DNA from: Octopus sinensis
Lineage: Eukaryota
Assembly: GCF_006345805.1 (NCBI RefSeq)
Contig: NC_043011.1
Span: 2,728,001-2,792,000, forward strand
DNA: 64,000 bases
Direction: 5' to 3'
Below are positions 11,483 through 23,654 of this stretch, piece by piece. Position numbers and translations under genes: made by a program. Under the pieces are notes generated by a model that was not told the origin of the DNA, made no database searches, and saw only the letters and a program-made list of their open reading frames with translations. Each line of letters starts with the position of its first letter. The first letter of the stretch is position 1.

Positions 11483-11582
11483 TTACAGAATACAAAAGAT
11501 GAAGACAGGTGAGGGAACAACAAACTGGTGTATTTGTTTGACGCCTCTGCTCTTCGACAGAAAGGATTGGGAAGGAAAACAT

Positions 11583-11881
11583 GCAGAGATATAAACAAAT
11601 AATAACAGATAGATTGCGGTTCATTGCAGCTGTTTCAGACGTGTTTTTTTTTTGTATTGATGAACAGAAGTGTTACATCATGCAAAACAAAAAAACAAAA
11701 CAAAACAAAGATAAAAGTTTCCATCAGATGAATATAGTAAGAATGAAATATTTAGAACTTTTTGTGCCATATGACATTACCAAACCATGATATAACACTT
11801 ATGTTCATCAATAAAAAAAAACACATCTGAAACAGCTGTAGTGAACTCCAATCCACCTGTTGTTATTTGTTTATCCTTTGC
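11583..11881. repeat. Fold-back element with ~100-bp arms
   Basis: Arms 11583-11682 and 11786-11881 are reverse complements (CAGCTGTTTCAGA / TCTGAAACAGCTG). Confidence 0.7.
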
Positions 11882-12403
11882 CTAACTCAGAACCTGCAAT
11901 TCGTTTGGATACAGAATCTATAAGATGGTAGTGCAATAGATGCAATGAGTATACCTATGTGTGATCTTGATGACTCATGTATTCAGTCAGCCATTTATGA
12001 ATGTTTGTATAACTGGAGAGCAAATCCATATTTGTTTTAGGAAGTACATATCTGTCCTTAAATATTGTTTGTACACGAAACTACTATCACCGACCTGACC
12101 TTGATGCTTTCATTATTCAAGTATTTAATTCTCTTGAATCCTGGAAATTTATACACATGCACACACACAATCGTCACTAAAGTGACTAAGGGTGCAAGTC
12201 AGCATTGCTAGAAATAAGACTCAAAACAACTCTTAGCTACAGGCAAAGTACTTTTCTATTGACTGACGAGGGAGACAACCTCCCTACAGCAAGTGAGAGC
12301 ACCAGTTCATCGATGGTTTTGGATTGAATTAATCGGTATCAGTGACACTTATTCCATTGCCTAGGGTCAAGGTGAACTCGTTTTATCAGTTTGTAGAAAA
12401 TAC

Positions 12404-12641
12404 TTATTTCTTTATTACCCACAAGGGGCTAAAGACAGAGGGGACAAACAAGGACAAACATAGGTATTAAGTCGATTACATCGACCCCAGTGCGTAACTG
12501 GTACTTAATTTATCGACCCCGAAAGAATAAAAGGCAAAGTTGACCTCGGCGGAATTTGAACTCACAACGTAACGGCAGTCGAAATACCACTAAGCATTTT
12601 GCCTGGCGTGCTAACGTTTCTGCCAGCTCGCCGCCCTGGTA
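12404..12641 (-). mobile_element. tRNA-derived SINE, family A (head GGCGGCGAGCTGGCAGAA) with Tx1-like tail
   Basis: A-box/B-box-like head (TGGCAGAAACG, GAGTTCAAATTCC), central core, tail GTCCCCTCTGTCTTTAGCCCCTTGTGGGTAATAAAGAAATA. Perfect 10-bp TSD TAGAAAATAC at 12394-12403 and 12642-12651. Confidence 0.9.
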
Positions 12642-14569
12642 TAGAAAATACAATAGGAATCAGTGGTTGATCCAGTAAAATGATAAAGTGAAAATTATAA
12701 ATAATTAAGGTGGCTAGTCACAGTTTAAAAACCAAAAGACACAAGTATAATCGTTACTAAAGTGTCTAAGGGTACAATAGTGGGTGGCGATTCATGTAAA
12801 AATTGGGATGATGATGGGGTGGCGATTCATGTAAAAATAACAAAATAACGAGTTCATTAGGTTGAATTATATTTGTGAAATACAGTTGCTTTGAATTTGC
12901 TTCAGAAAGAAGTCTATGTTTATGATGGGTAGTTGAGGTGGGAGGGGGACTAGGAATGTGGCCTGAGTGTCAAGGGGCCAGCAGCCCCAAAAAGTTTGGG
13001 AACCAGTGATTTAGTTGATGGTGTGTATTTAATTTCTTAGTTATCTTCAAATACAGATCCCAATATTTTGTTCTGTTTTATCTTTATGACTCACCTGTCT
13101 TTTGTGCATTAAGGTTAACTGAGAAACAATTCAGTAATTAGCACAATTAATCTCTATTAAATTTCCGCTGTATACTCATGGAATATACTCATGGATTATT
13201 TTTTATGCTGATGTTTAAACAAAATTTTTATAATTTTATATTTTGTTGAATTCTCCTGTAGTTAGATTCCCTTTGAGGCAAAAATTATGAAACATATTTG
13301 GTTTAGAACCTTTTGTTCAATTGTGCTCAAAAAATCTCCTTAATATGTTGATAAATAAAAATGTTAGAGATGTTTTATTAAACCAGTCTAAATTATTTTT
13401 ATTCAAGCTTGGGTTTAATTAAACTTGAGAATTGGAATTTTATACAGAGTAACAACTTCAACAAAAATACAAATTCTGGGATAAACTAATTGTTATATAA
13501 AGAAAACAACATACAATCAAAAACAATAATTTGTGTAAATTATTTTGAAATTTAACTGGAACATGTAAGTGGTGTATTTGGGTTAGAAATATAGCAATGA
13601 AAGGGTTAAATACTTATGTGTTATTATCTTCTATAGTTTCATTTGAAGAACAGTGTTGAATAATGTCTTAAATAGACTAAATATATTAATAGAAAGGTCA
13701 CTAGAAGTTTCTCAGGTTAGTAAAATGTTCATCTGGTAAAACAAAATTATAAACCTCATGAAGGAGAACAATATTTGTTCATATTAACCTAATGTTCTCT
13801 GGCTTAAAAAAGCTAGTAACTTTGTTTTCTAACTTTTTATTCTATTTTCGTTTGATTAAAAACAAAATAGAAGAAAAAACTAAAAAAAAAAAAAACAGAG
13901 AATCCTGCTGAATACAAATTTTGGAAAAATACTTAAAACAATGATACATAACAGATTTTCTTGTTGCTGCTCAAAAAGTATACATATCTTGTATGTATTT
14001 CTGAGCTTATTAGGTTCTACATGAGGCACTAAGCGGGTATATTAAAACTCTTATGGATATTGTTTCTAAGGAATTTCATTAGAAATAAAACATCATAAAA
14101 TTATGAATTACTTTCTAGTCAAGACTATTAAGTGCAAACGATTCTGACAGAAAGTTATAGCTGGTTTTAAGAAAGATTTAAAACAGAGTTATCTAAATAA
14201 ATGTTGCAATGTAGAAAATGGGTAAGCATTTAAAATAAATTTGTTATGGAAATTTTCATCAAGGAGATTTCTAATACGAAAGTGTCTTAGTTAGAAATCA
14301 ATGGTGCTTATCTTATGAAATACAGTAATATAATTTTACTCTTCCTTGTTTTCTATAACAAGCTTTATTTTCTCAAGAGTTATCAATGTATTGTCATACT
14401 CTACATCAAATATTTTCTCCATGCCACTAAGTGTTTCAAGTGCAGAAAATCATTTTCTTTCCTCTTTTATTTAACATAAATTTTTATCTGAATTTTGCAG
14501 AGTGCAACCATCAAAACATACTTTCTCTCTATCTGTCTGTCTCTATCTCTGTCTCTCTCTCTCTCTTTC

Positions 14570-14603
<34 letters not shown>

Positions 14604-14745
14604 GTTGGAAGATGATGAATGAATTTAGCCAATCATTGATATTTCTTACAGTTGTTTCTGTATTATTCTGCTTCTAAACGCATTGCATGTGAAAGATTAT
14701 ACAATATATGTAGATATATATGTGTATATATGTGTGTGTATATGC

Positions 14746-14776
<31 letters not shown>

Positions 14777-14809
14777 ATGTAGAAGGTTGAAAAGGAACAC
14801 ATGAGTTGA

Positions 14810-15637
14810 TATATATGGAAAAAAAGTCAAGGTAGAGAATGCTAACATAATTTTATAAAAAAACATTTCAGCCATTGAGATTTTTTCAATTGTAAGTATG
14901 GGAAACAATTAAATTTTGGAAAAATTAAATAAAAAGTATTTTAGAAGAGTATTTGTATAGTATTCAAATGCAAGTGGCATTTTCCTTGTTTCTGACTGTC
15001 TGTCTCTCTTGTTTAGTCTTGTGGGTTCGAGGTCGTTGTGAATTCTTGGTAGGGAAGGAGAAGGAGAAGGAGAAGAAGAAGAAGAAGAAGAAGAAGAAGA
15101 AGAAGAAGAAGAATGCGGGAGTGCTATGATGGTTGTATGTAAAATTCTTGAGACATCTCTTTTGAATGTTTTGCTTGTAAATTTTGTGTAGGTGTTATTC
15201 TGAACAGCAATGGTGGTAAAGTTTTCAAGAATTCAATCACTACTACCATCCACAATGGGTCACTTTCAGGGTACTTGACCATTTAACATACTACTATCAT
15301 GGCACTCCCCATTCTTCTTCTTCTTCTTCTTCTTCTTCTTCTTCTTCTTCTTCTTCTTCTTCTTCTTCTCTTCTTCTTCTACCCTACCAAGAATTCACAA
15401 CGACCTCGAATCCACAAGTGTAAACAAGAGAAACAGAGACAGACAGAAACAAGGAAAATGCCCCTTTAATTTGAATACTATGCAAATATTCTTTTAAAAA
15501 CCTTTACTTTTAATTTTTCCAAATTTAATTGTTTTCCATACTTACAGGTGAAAAAGTCTCAATGACCGAAACCGATAATGAAATGTTTTTTATTAAATTA
15601 TTTTAGCATTTTCTACCTTGACTTCTTTCCATATATA
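14810..15637. repeat. Large fold-back element with ~340-bp arms containing (GAA)n/(TTC)n
   Basis: 14810-15145 is the reverse complement of 15281-15637, including CTTGTGGGTTCGAGGTCGTTGTGAATTCTTGGTAGGG and the GAA array. Confidence 0.8.
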
Positions 15638-15727
15638 TATATATATGATAATTATTTGAGGGAATATTAATATATATACATACATACATACATACACATA
15701 CGTATGTATGAAAGTGTGGATGTATTG

Positions 15728-15915
15728 TAGGCACTGGTGTGGATGTGTGGTTAAAATGCTTGCTCAACAACCATATGGTATCAGGTTCACTTGCATTTCA
15801 CTGAACATTGAGCAAGAGTCATTTACTACATAGCCAGGCTAACCAAAGCCTTGAGTGTGCATTTGGTTAATAGAAACTAGAAACCTTGCCCAGGATGTAT
15901 ATGTGTATGTATGTG
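15728..15915 (+). mobile_element. tRNA-derived SINE family B, diverged partial copy
   Basis: Degenerate GTGGATGTGTGGTTAAAATGCTTGC...GAGCAAGAGTC...AAAGCCTTGAGTG. Confidence 0.5.
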
Positions 15916-16974
15916 TGTCTGTGTAGATACCTTTGTTTTGACATTATCTGATGGTTTTTCAAAGGGCATCACCACCATACAAGTGAAAATATTTCAGCCT
16001 TCAATGATTACTGACATTCAGCAAAGTTTAGGGATGCCTTTCTGGAGTATTGCACCTATATCCTGGGTAACTTTAGAAAGGGACTCTTTATTGATTCACA
16101 TTAAATCACTCTGAAGCTTCGTCCAGCCTCTAGCACAAGGCACACTATCTCCTCTCTTTGTCTTTTCTATCTTACTATAATATAGTCTTTATTCCTCAGA
16201 ACCTCAGAACTAGCTGGCTTTATACTTCTCCAAGAGTGCTAGAGAGTGCAAAAATTTCAAAAAGTAGAATTTCAGACAATAATCTGGTTTTTTTATAGAA
16301 TTTTAATTTCAATTGGTTCAAGCTCAGGAATACTAAAAAAGTAAAAAAATAATTCCATTCCCAAAACAAATGAGTGGCGGGAGTTTCTCCTAAAATTCTG
16401 AAGTTGGGAACGAAATTATAGAAAACAATGGACTTTTGAGAATAAAGTAGAAGTAAAAAATAGGGAATGTATAAATCATGTTTACTACTGAGGTGGAACT
16501 GTAGTGGTTGCGAACATAGAATTCCATAATTTCTATTGACTTTGATACATTATTACATTATATAAGTAATATGATATTTTCATACTGTTTTTAATGAAAC
16601 ACTTCTAAGCTACGTAAATGGGTTTCTTTTTTTGTAATACCCTTTTTTAAGATGAAAGTATTGCTGTGTTATATACAGTGTTACCTCTAAATATTTTTTC
16701 AATGTTGTTTATAATAAAATACTTACACATTACTCAAATATTTTATTTTTCACTAATTGTAATTCTAGTTGCTTTTAAAATGAATATATTTTTCTCCTTG
16801 AAGTAAATATTTCCTTTTCATTTCGGAACTTTGAGTAAACTTCAGTATTTATTTGATATATTGTTGTACTTGTTACACACTTTTTCTTGTTGTATTTTTA
16901 TATTTTATATTGTAAGTAAGCTAAAATGTTTATACTTTCCCTATTTCTTCAAAATACACTGTAATGCTATGACA

Positions 16975-17109
16975 TTAAGAACTTTGCTTCGTAGTCACAT
17001 GGTTCTGGGTTCAATCCCACTGTGTGGCAAATGTTTTCTACTGTTGTCTCAGGCTGAACAAAAGCCTTGTGAATGGATTTAATAGACAGAAACTGTAAGA
17101 ATCCTGTTG

Positions 17110-17160
<51 letters not shown>

Positions 17161-17380
17161 ATGCGTGTGTATGTGTGCAAGCATGTGTCTGTGTTTGTCC
17201 CCATCACTGCTTGACAACCAGTATTTATGTTTATGTTCCAATAACTTAGCAGTTCAGCAAAATAGTATGACAGAACAAGTACCAGGCTTTACAAAATGAG
17301 TACTGTGGTTGATTTATTTGACTAAAATTCTTCAAGGTAGTGCCCCAGCATGGTCACAGTATAACGACTGGATCAAGTTA
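16975..17380 (+). mobile_element. tRNA-derived SINE family B, diverged copy
   Basis: CACATGGTTCTGGGTTCAATCCCACTGTGTGGC...GCTTGACAACC...GCCCCAGCATGGTCACAGT with an internal (GT)n. Confidence 0.7.
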
Positions 17381-17589
17381 AAGAAATGCATTTATGCATC
17401 ACTGTAGGTACACACAAACACCTCACACACACATGCACACTCTTTACAACTTTGGTCAATAAGGAATAATATTTTATTTATCTTGTTGCAATATAAATGA
17501 ATAGAAAACATTGTGTTGGCCCTAGACTAACACTTTACAAGAGGAAGTGAAAAAGTGGGTGAAAAACAGAAGCCTACTAACTGATAAAC

Positions 17590-17928
17590 AACAGGAGATT
17601 GTTCCTTCTCATAAGGCTCATAAGGGCCAGTTTCCCCTTCTCAAGCCATGCATGGCTCATAAGGGCCGGTTTCCCGGTTTCTTGGCATATAGGCTCCCCA
17701 CCCGGATGAGACGCCGGCCTGTTGCAAGTGAGCTGCAAGATGCAGGAGGAAAGAGTGAGAGAAAGTTGTGGTGAAAGAGTCAGCAGAAGTTCACCATTAC
17801 CTTCTGCCAGAGCCACGTGGAGCTTAGGTGTTTCGCTCATAAACACACACATCACCCGGTCTGAGATTCGAACTGGCAATCCCTCAACCATGAGTCTGCT
17901 GCTCTAACCACTTGGCCATGTGCCTCCA
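17590..17928 (-). mobile_element. tRNA-derived SINE, family C
   Basis: Minus-strand head GTGGAGGCACATGGCCAAGTGGTTAGAGC (A box) ... GCCAGTTCGAATCTC (B box); internal duplicated GGCTCATAAGGGCC. Confidence 0.7.
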
Positions 17929-19249
17929 CAGCTGGAGATTGACAGAAACACATAGAAATGATACACTGGACAAAACTTTAGTGAAATACAGCACTAAATT
18001 TTTACCTTTCTAGCAATTCTATGGCAAGTGGTAGACTTTGTAGAGCAAGAGGTAATATCTATTCCCACTGAAATGTGGATATTCTGTTACCTCTTGGTAT
18101 TAATACTGCCTCTGTTGCTTGTGTATCTGAAATGTATTCTGGTTTAGAATACATTGATATTACACTTCAAGAACAGAAACTGAAATGAACAATCAATTAT
18201 TTGGAGGCAATTGTGCCACAATAGCTAATGAATTTCAGTGAATTATCTAAAATTTAACCTTTATTAGATGTCAAATCAGCTGAATAACAAAGTTTCTCAG
18301 ATTTCTATTGTAAAGTAATGGCGTTGAGACTAATTTCACCCAACATTATTATATCTGAGATTTATAAGATAAATGTGAAAATAAAAACTGTTGTCCTAGA
18401 ATTGAATTAATAAAATAATTTGTTGTATGCATCAACACTGTTTGTACATCATGGCTGTCTTATGATGTGATACATTCTCCAAAATAGAATTTTAGAGAAT
18501 GAGCATGGAGTAACATACGTGTTGAGCATTTATCTCATCAGAAATTTTACATAAAATATTATGTTTTTTAATTGTATGTTAATTGTTTTCTTTATATATA
18601 TAATAATTAGTTTATCCCAGATATGTATTTATGTTGAAGTTGTTACTCTGTATAAAATTCCAACCAAAAATGCAATCTCAAGTTTAACCAAACCCAATCT
18701 TGGATAAAAAAAAATGATACAAACACAAATGAGAAACAAAAGGAAATAATTAAGCTTCTCTTTTATAATCGTCACTGACTAAAAGCAATGTCAGCAACGG
18801 GTATAGTCAATTACATTGACTGATGCTTATTTTATTAACCCCTAAAAGAAATGGAAAATAAAATTCATCTTGTTATTAGAACTGAGAACAAAGAACAATG
18901 GAAATGATGTTACATTTAGTCCTGTGTCATTTGGTCATTCCATGGAATTTCACATAAAAGAAATTTTCTGGATTAAGAAAAAACACTTGTTCCTTTCTTC
19001 TAGTTTCTTCCCTCACAGCATTAAATTCTCCTAAACTTCCACAAATATCTATTATCTCCAATGTAATGAGAAAAATTCAAACCTATTGCTGCCTGAATAA
19101 GAAACTATAACGTTCAAGCAAAGTGGTTTTCAATTCTTAACTGACTATTAAAAGCAATTTCACAGACTCCACTCAACCTGATTATATTTGGCACAGCTTT
19201 TGTCTCGTCTCACCTTCATGGCAGCATGGTAAAATCAATGTGTGAGTTT

Positions 19250-20363
19250 CCCAAACATACAACAAAAGATGCCATAAATGAAATATTCTTAGAATATTAT
19301 CTTGCTATGCCATATGTTCAGGTTTTATGAAAAGAAATCTAAGTTAAAGAAACATAATGAGAACATTATGGAAATATTATGAAAAACTTATGAAAATAGG
19401 TTGCATCACAATAAAACAAATGTAACTGGTGAATCAATAGATGTGGAGCCATTCTACAGCTTAATGGCATTCAATAGATCTACACTGTGAAAATTGCAAT
19501 TGTGTATTTATAATGAACAATTCTATTGGAGTCAATGAGCTCCAACCGTATTCAGCTGATTGATAGAGTTTATAAACATATTGAAAGAAATGTATAGACA
19601 AAGATCACTTGGAATACTTGTGATAGTCATGAAAGATGTTGTGCCAAAATTAGAATTGAAGATCTCAGCACAAAGTCTCCTGACAGAAAGTACTAAGGAC
19701 AAAGCATGATGCATTTCATTAAAATTGCAACACCTGATGCGAACTTTCTGCAATGTGAATCTATTCTCACTATTTATTCAAAGTTATTTAATATTTTAAT
19801 TAATTTGAAATTTTCATTTTGTGCTTTACTAAAATTAAAACAGATTCTTTCTCTATTTGCAGTTGAGGTATTATTTTTTTTAAATCACTTACCATAAACC
19901 TAAAATGATTGACTATTTTAGCTTTTATTAATGCAACTCTGACATTCCAGAGTATGTGAAATAATCAGTGTTGATCTGGAGTGGGCATGACTTTTTTGGG
20001 TGAGAAGTCTGCTTTTCACCTATCGTGCACTTAGTACATCATGATTCACTTATAGCACACTACATCGCACAGTACATTGTGGATTTTTCTGGAAAATATA
20101 TGTAAATTTATATCGTGGATTCCTCAGTATATTGCAGGTTTCTGCAGTTTATATTTAAAAAAAATTTTTTTATTATTTCTGTGGCAAAATAAGCCTTTTT
20201 ACACCTAATAATTAATAAATTAATAAATGAATTAGAGTACAGTACTGCACTGTATAACGCATTAATTAAAATATATTAAAAGAAAATACGTAGTGAACCA
20301 CAGATGAGTAACCAAAAACTCACACATACTGTATGGAAACTGAAACCTGGGAGGTGACTGTGT
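19250..20363 (+). mobile_element. Possible pogo/Tigger-like DNA transposon relic
   Basis: Very decayed transposase-like peptides (VTGES..., DSHE...EDL) and a terminal GGGAGGTGACTGT. Weak. Confidence 0.3.
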
Positions 20364-21639
20364 AGTATTAGATGTTTTGGAACCGTTTTTCAATTGAATA
20401 TATTTTGTTTACTTAAAAATTGGAATTTTTGAAACTAATATTATTTTTTACAACCCCAAATCTTGAAATTTTGAAGCTGCGATTTTTGCCTGTTTTTTTT
20501 TCCAGATTCGGAATCTCCATAGCCGAAAAACATGGGTTCCGTAAAAAAAAAAATGTAAAAAGTAGGGGAGAGGTTGAGTTACATCTCTGCCATGTGCACC
20601 TCCTTAATTTTTAACTTCTGTTTCTGGCACGCATATTTACGCAATTTTGATTTTGAAGTATTTAAAAAATTATTTGGAAATTATAAAGAGAAATGAATGG
20701 TAGATTCAGACTGTCTGTATTTTAAACACACGAATTTTTTAAAAAATGGTTTAGGGAATTTTTTTTTTGTATAATAGTATCAATTTCATTATGCAGAAGA
20801 CAGAATCGAAAACCTTTTGTAAATATTTATAAAAATAAGAAAGTTATGAGGGTTTTTAGCACATGCTTACATCATAACTCTGCCGAGTTTTGCTTCCACT
20901 AGTAAAAGCTATACGTATCTTTCAGGAAGCTCCATACCAATTTAATTTTATGCAGGCTTCGCTGTTAGTTTATGCACAGGCTATGAGGGAAGACAGAATA
21001 AAGAGGTTTTTGTTAGCTTATAACTCCGATAAGATGGGTCACTTTGCTGTTCAAAAGAATAAACTCACTGAGGGGAAGTTTCAACGTCTTCCTTCAATTT
21101 CGTTATACCATTTATGTGGCTGTTTCTGACAAGAAATTTCACTTTCAAGTAAGACAACTATATTTTGTAGTCATTATCTATAATTTGCTCCCAAAACACT
21201 TCAGCACTTCAGCTTTGCAAACATATGTTCTTTAATCATTAAAGTGCAACAATAACCAGCCTTCAATTTGGTTTTCCATTCCTTGGTTAATCAGAAACAT
21301 AGATTGTTGTGCTACTCATAAATATTCTCAGTAGTTCAATTATTTGGTGAACAAAAATACTACCAATGCAAATTTAAACTGTCCAAAGAATGAGTGCATT
21401 TGCTAGTATGAATATATGAAATAAATTAATGACAATAACTTGATTGATAATTATTTTCCTCGTAAATGATTAGATGTCTACAAATTGTTTTGTGTATGTA
21501 TCTGTATGTATGTCTGTGTGCATGCGTGCATACACATGATTATGTATGAGTGTGTCTATGTCTGACACCTTATCTTAACATTGCATGAGAGCTGTAAATG
21601 AGTGTCACTCTCGTTCATTTCCAATGTTCTGTGTAAACA

Positions 21640-21780
21640 TGTCCGGCCATACTTGGAAACAGACAAGAGTTGGCAATAGGAAAAGCATCCAGACATAGAA
21701 AATCCACCTGAATAAACTTAGTCCAACCCATGCTAGCATGGGAATGTGGACAGTAAAACAATGATGGTGATGATGATGAT
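21640..21780 (+). mobile_element. RTE-type SINE/LINE 3' tail with (GAT)n
   Basis: GGAAAAGCATCCAG...GTCCAACCCATGCTAGCATGG...AAACAATGATG; the same tail occurs at 25372-25465 and 59750-60060. Confidence 0.6.
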
Positions 21781-21890
21781 TGGGGAAACAATATTCTCTT
21801 TTTGTTTCTCTCCTCCACTTACTGTAAAGTAGGAAATGTCTTCTCATTAAAAATTTATACTTGCAAAATCATTAATATTTTAGACACACT

Positions 21891-22078
21891 ATCAAATAAT
21901 TTGAGACTAGTTACACTAGTTTCAAATCATCATATTATATAGTACTTTTGAGACTGGTTATCAGATAATTTGAGACCAGTGACACTGTTTTCAAATTATT
22001 AGAATCTGAGATTAAGCTATCAGGTAATTTGGACTCAGTTATACAGGTTTCCAATTACCAGTATCTGAGACTGGTTTA
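21891..22078. repeat. Three tandem ~60-70-bp units, each with an internal palindrome
   Basis: Units start at 21891, 21960 and 22019 (ATCARRTAATTTG...). Unit 2 has ATAATTTGAGACCAGTG-A-CACTGTTTTCAAATTAT. Confidence 0.7.
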
Positions 22079-22264
22079 ATCACAAAACCTTCACCAAGAG
22101 AATTGCTGACACTTTTTGATAGTGTCCAGTCTGCTTCTTTCTCTGTAATAATACTTTAAAATAGCATTACTTTACAGTTAGACATTTATTCTATGTGCTC
22201 CAATCTATTTCCTGATTTAAAAAAAAAATCTAACCTATTCAAAGAATTGTACATAACCATTCCT

Positions 22265-22355
22265 GTCATCATTGTCATCTTCATCATCATCATCATTGCC
22301 ATCATCGTTGTTGTCGTCTTCATCATTATCATCATCATCATCATCAACATCATCA
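22265..22355. repeat. (CAT)n-like degenerate trinucleotide repeat
   Basis: Direct observation. Confidence 0.85.
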
Positions 22356-23131
22356 TACCTCTACTTTCTGACTGGCAATGGTTGGATGGATCATCATGAG
22401 CTGAGTGCTTTGGTAATGAGATTTACTGCCTTCATGGTCTCGTATCTGTCATTTTGCCTTGGTTTCTGTGTCTGGGAGAGTGTCCCTCCTGTTACCAACC
22501 ACTTTGCAGAGTGTATTATGTGCATTTTCTTATGACACCAACACTACAGAGGTTTACAAGTCCTCAGCAGTAAAACAGGACTAAAAGGACCTCACAACCC
22601 TTCTCTGCGCATTTGCCATCTACTTTGCACTGTGTGTTGGATGTATCTTTTGGCATCAACATTAAAGGAGTTATCCATTCCTCATCAGTCACTCTTGAGA
22701 GTGTGCAGGGGGATTCGGGAAGGGGATTTCCATCATGGCACTGGTGTATCAGCTTTGAACATTGAAAATGTACAGAGTGCTTTGTAATCTAAGATGTTTA
22801 CTTTTGGAAGAAATGTAAATGAGGAGGGCTAGTGAAGGCGCAATAATCTAAGAAGTGAACTTTTATAGGTAATGTGAATGAGAATGTGTGGAGAATATTT
22901 AGTAACTTTATGTTTTGAACTGTTTCAGGCATTTCCTGCAAGAATTTTCTTTTCAGCTGTCATTTTGCCTGTCTTGTTTCAATTCGCCCTTTTTATTTGC
23001 TTCATTCCTTCCTAGGACTTTTATCTTTTTTACCCCTTTGAATTCTTTAGATACCAGATTATTTTCCTTAGACTTTCCACACACTTCACTGCTAATAAGA
23101 CCTCTTCCATCTCATTATCATGATAGATACA

Positions 23132-23540
23132 TTACAGCATTTCGTCTGCCTTTACGTTCTGCAACCAAATTTCGCCAAGGTTGACTTCACCTTTTATCCT
23201 TTAGAGGTTGATAAATTAAGGGCCAGTCAAGTATTGGGGTCGATGTGATCAACTTTACCCCTCTCTCAAAATTTTAGGCCTCTTGCCTTTAGTGGAGAGG
23301 ATTGTTATAATCATGATGACAGAACGATGATATCATTATTATCATGAGGTGTCAAAATCATTAGCATGTTGAACAAAATGCTTAGTGGCATTTCTTCTAG
23401 TTTTATGTTTTGAGCTCATTTGCCACCAAGGTCGACTTTACCTTTCAGTGTTAATAAAATAAACACCAGTCAAGTGCTGGGGATTGATGGCTCCACTCCC
23501 TCCCAAATCACAGGCCTTGTGCCTTAAGTGGAAAGGGTTA
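23132..23540 (+). mobile_element. Two tandem decayed family-A-core SINEs with an alternative tail
   Basis: Core GCATTTCGTCTG...GGTTGACTT...CCAGTCAAGT..TGGGGTCGATG followed by CCCTC..AAAATTTTAGGCCTCTTGCCTTTAGTGGAGAGGATT, twice (23132-23305, 23350-23540). Confidence 0.6.
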
Positions 23541-23654
23541 CTATTATATTTTTGTAAATCTCAGTCTTTACATTAAAAGGTCCAGTTAGGGAACAGTTAA
23601 CAAAAAATTGACAAAGGTTCCTTACTGCTCCATCTCCTGTGCCTTACTTATATC

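Noticed and set aside
17860-17928. tRNA gene (also the heads of SINE families A and B)
   Set aside because: A/B boxes are present, but there is no complete cloverleaf or acceptor stem and each continues into a SINE body.
21891-22078. CRISPR-like palindromic array
   Set aside because: Only three degenerate units, homologous rather than unique spacers, no cas genes and a eukaryotic context.
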